Below are positions 61,897-64,000 of a stretch of DNA of 64,000 nt, piece after piece. The stretch covers positions 770,515-834,514 of the forward strand of contig OZ316897.1 of assembly GCA_973895155.1 (NCBI GenBank), in the 5' to 3' direction. The translations under genes were made by a program, and so were the position numbers. Under the pieces are notes generated by a model that saw only the letters and a list, made by a program, of their open reading frames with translations, did not search any database and was not told the DNA's origin. Position 1 is the stretch's first letter. Each line of letters begins with the position of its first letter. The DNA comes from Marsupella aquatica (lineage: Eukaryota > Plantae > Marchantiophyta).

Positions 61897-64000
61897 CTAG
61901 GAACCCAAGGATGCATATATTGCTGCCAGAGTCTCGGGCTCAAGGGTGTACATTCTATATCGTCCCTTTCCTGCCTCACATGGAGTGAGACCAAATCTAA
62001 GGTGAACTACTGTCTCAGCATGGGCGTAGCTCACGCCAGCTAGATCGTTCACCACAAATTTGTTATCTCGCCCTGGGACCTGTTGAAACCACACTGCCCT
62101 CAAAGCTAAATCACCCTCGTTAAATTCCTCTCCATACGAGTCCTTGAAACTCTTCTTCACGGTGTGCAAAGTCTGCTCACATTGAAGAATGTAGAAGTCC
62201 ACATTCCACTTGTTACCTATCTCAGCCTTCACTGCAAAGAAGTCACCTTGTTGAACCAATTCTCGGGGGTCTCACTATATGGATGCCTCCCCATCACCTG
62301 CGACGTTTTTAGGCCTCGGACCCCCTAAAATGTAAGAAAAAAATTTATTTTTTTGACCCCTGTAAAGTTGGAATATTCTCAAAATATTCTAAAATTTTGG
62401 TTATAAGGACCCTAATGTTCTTATAAGTCCCAAAATTGGATTTAAAAGACCCTATTGTTCTTCTCAGAAAATTCTTAAGTCTTCCCTTTGAACCAATAAA
62501 ATGACCCTATACTTCGTCGCACGTGATATGCCATTTTTGTGGAAGTGAAACCCCCGAGAACCAATTCGGCCAGCAATCCATCCTCCCATTGGTACAGTCC
62601 TTCCCCCACTCCCATTTCTTCCACATCAGTTCTCACGTCACTTGGTAGGACTCCTTTCACCATGACGAGCTTAAACTGTCCAGCCCAACTTATATTCTCA
62701 CATTGCAAAGGTTCATCATCTAAGCAATGAGGACAAAAACAACAAAGTTCTTTGACTTGAAGGAGAGTTGATAGGCGGTTACTAAATCCATCAAAGCAGT
62801 GTAAGGATCGGGAACCTGGGATAGGATCACAGTCCCATTTCTTCTTGCGATTGACAGCTCCCATTGGAATCTCCCAAAATAGGCGTCGAACAAGTTGGAC
62901 GTCTCCATACTCCTTTTCTTGGCCCATAGCAAATTTCAATTGTCCTTGCAGAACAAAACCACATCATGGGCATTCTCCAATCGATGTCCATGGATTCCCT
63001 TCAGCTGTTCTCTCTCAATCCCTTGCTTTATGTGGCCTCCAAGGGCATCCTAAAAGCACACACCATAGTACTCATCTCTGGAAATGAAACTTGGATGAAT
63101 CAATATAGAACAACAAATTTACTATAGGGAACTTCAGCTTAAAACACAATCTGGAATGAGCGAACGTACATGTAAAGTAATATTGCAACTTACAGCGACA
63201 CCTTTTCCGTGCCCTGAAGCATGGAAATACCACTTCATTCGTGCACCAAATCTTTTGTAGTATCTGGATACATAATAAAAAGGTCTACAAGCCTTGAACT
63301 GTGAAGCAACCCCATCTGACCAGACCCAATGTTGCTCAAACTGAATTCCTTCCTCCCTCATCCACTGGTTATGAGCATCCATGCAATGTTGGACGAAGAG
63401 AGTGTCGTGACAATTGTCATCACTGATATAAAAATGATAATCTGCAATAATGTCTCGACCACCCTCCTCATCCAATGCCATCCGAACCATACTTCCAACA
63501 GCAGCCTCCAAAGATTCCACACAATCTTCTCTATGCCTATAAGTGACATGAATCAACAAAGTGACCTGTCTATTATCCCAGTGTTGACTCTGTATCTCAT
63601 TTTGGATTTTGAACGTGTAATTTTCAGAGAAATCAATAGATGACAGTATAGTTCCTCTAGGGAAAGTTTTCAAACAAAGTTTGAATTGTTCTGACTGCCA
63701 ACGTGCTCTGAAATTATGCACAATGAATGTCTTCATTGTATTCAAAACCTGACTCTTGAATTCACCCATTGAAGTTCTCTTAAACACCATTCTCAACCGT
63801 TTTGACTTTTTTGTAGCACTCTCGTCTGTTCCTTTTTTCTTCTCTCTCTTTTGCTGGGCTTTCTCATCTAACTCCAAATACTGAAATGTCTCCCACTCAA
63901 TAAATTGCTTGTCAACTGGATCTAAGTTAGATGTACACCAGTCCAACTTGTTGACACCACAATTCTTACAGGAACCCATGATACATTTCTTTCCATGCCA
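61897..64000 (-). pseudogene. Sola2-like DDD transposase (5' part outside the window), disrupted by a frameshift and a MITE
   Basis: SIDFSENY..EIQSQHW; ISDDNCHD; WSDGVASQFK; HGKGVA|DALGG across intron 63050-63193. Frameshift ~62940. Confidence 0.8.
62262..62558. mobile_element. 297-bp MITE with 15-bp TIR and 8-bp (or 10-bp) TSD
   Basis: CTCGGGGGTCTCACT / AGTGAAACCCCCGAG ends; AACCAATT at 62254-62261 and 62559-62566. Removing it restores ..LAELVQQGDFF.. Confidence 0.92.

Overview
Eukaryotic, repeat-rich DNA. GT-AG introns, TTTAGGG/CCCTAAA telo-boxes, an L1-type LINE and plant-type F-box motifs point to a plant; a bryophyte or liverwort is my inference. Most of the window is a nest of large cargo-carrying DNA transposons. 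(A) A decayed Mutator-like (GCM-DDE-SWIM) element of undetermined ends, with RING and OB-fold neighbours. (B) A 33-kb Mutator-like element, 10878-43860, with short TIRs and a 9-bp TSD, inserted into a palindrome array. It carries Ulp1, a ParB/Srx + beta-class methyltransferase-like gene, two F-box-like genes and an AT-hook gene. (C) A 13.1-kb, apparently intact Sola1-like element, 25361-38450, with 27-bp TIRs, nested in B. It carries its own ParB/Srx + methyltransferase-like gene and an FCP1/HAD phosphatase. The right part holds a 5'-truncated LINE with a 20-bp TSD, a decayed P-element-like transposase and a Sola2-like transposase interrupted by a MITE. Main observation: two unrelated transposon superfamilies (B and C) share one architecture. 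In each, a ParB-like/MTase-like gene lies head-to-head with the transposase, and many copies of an element-specific palindrome with a 3-bp spacer fill introns and intergenic arrays. This may be an undescribed ParB/parS-like self-recognition or anti-silencing system. All family assignments come from motifs read by eye; no database search was run.
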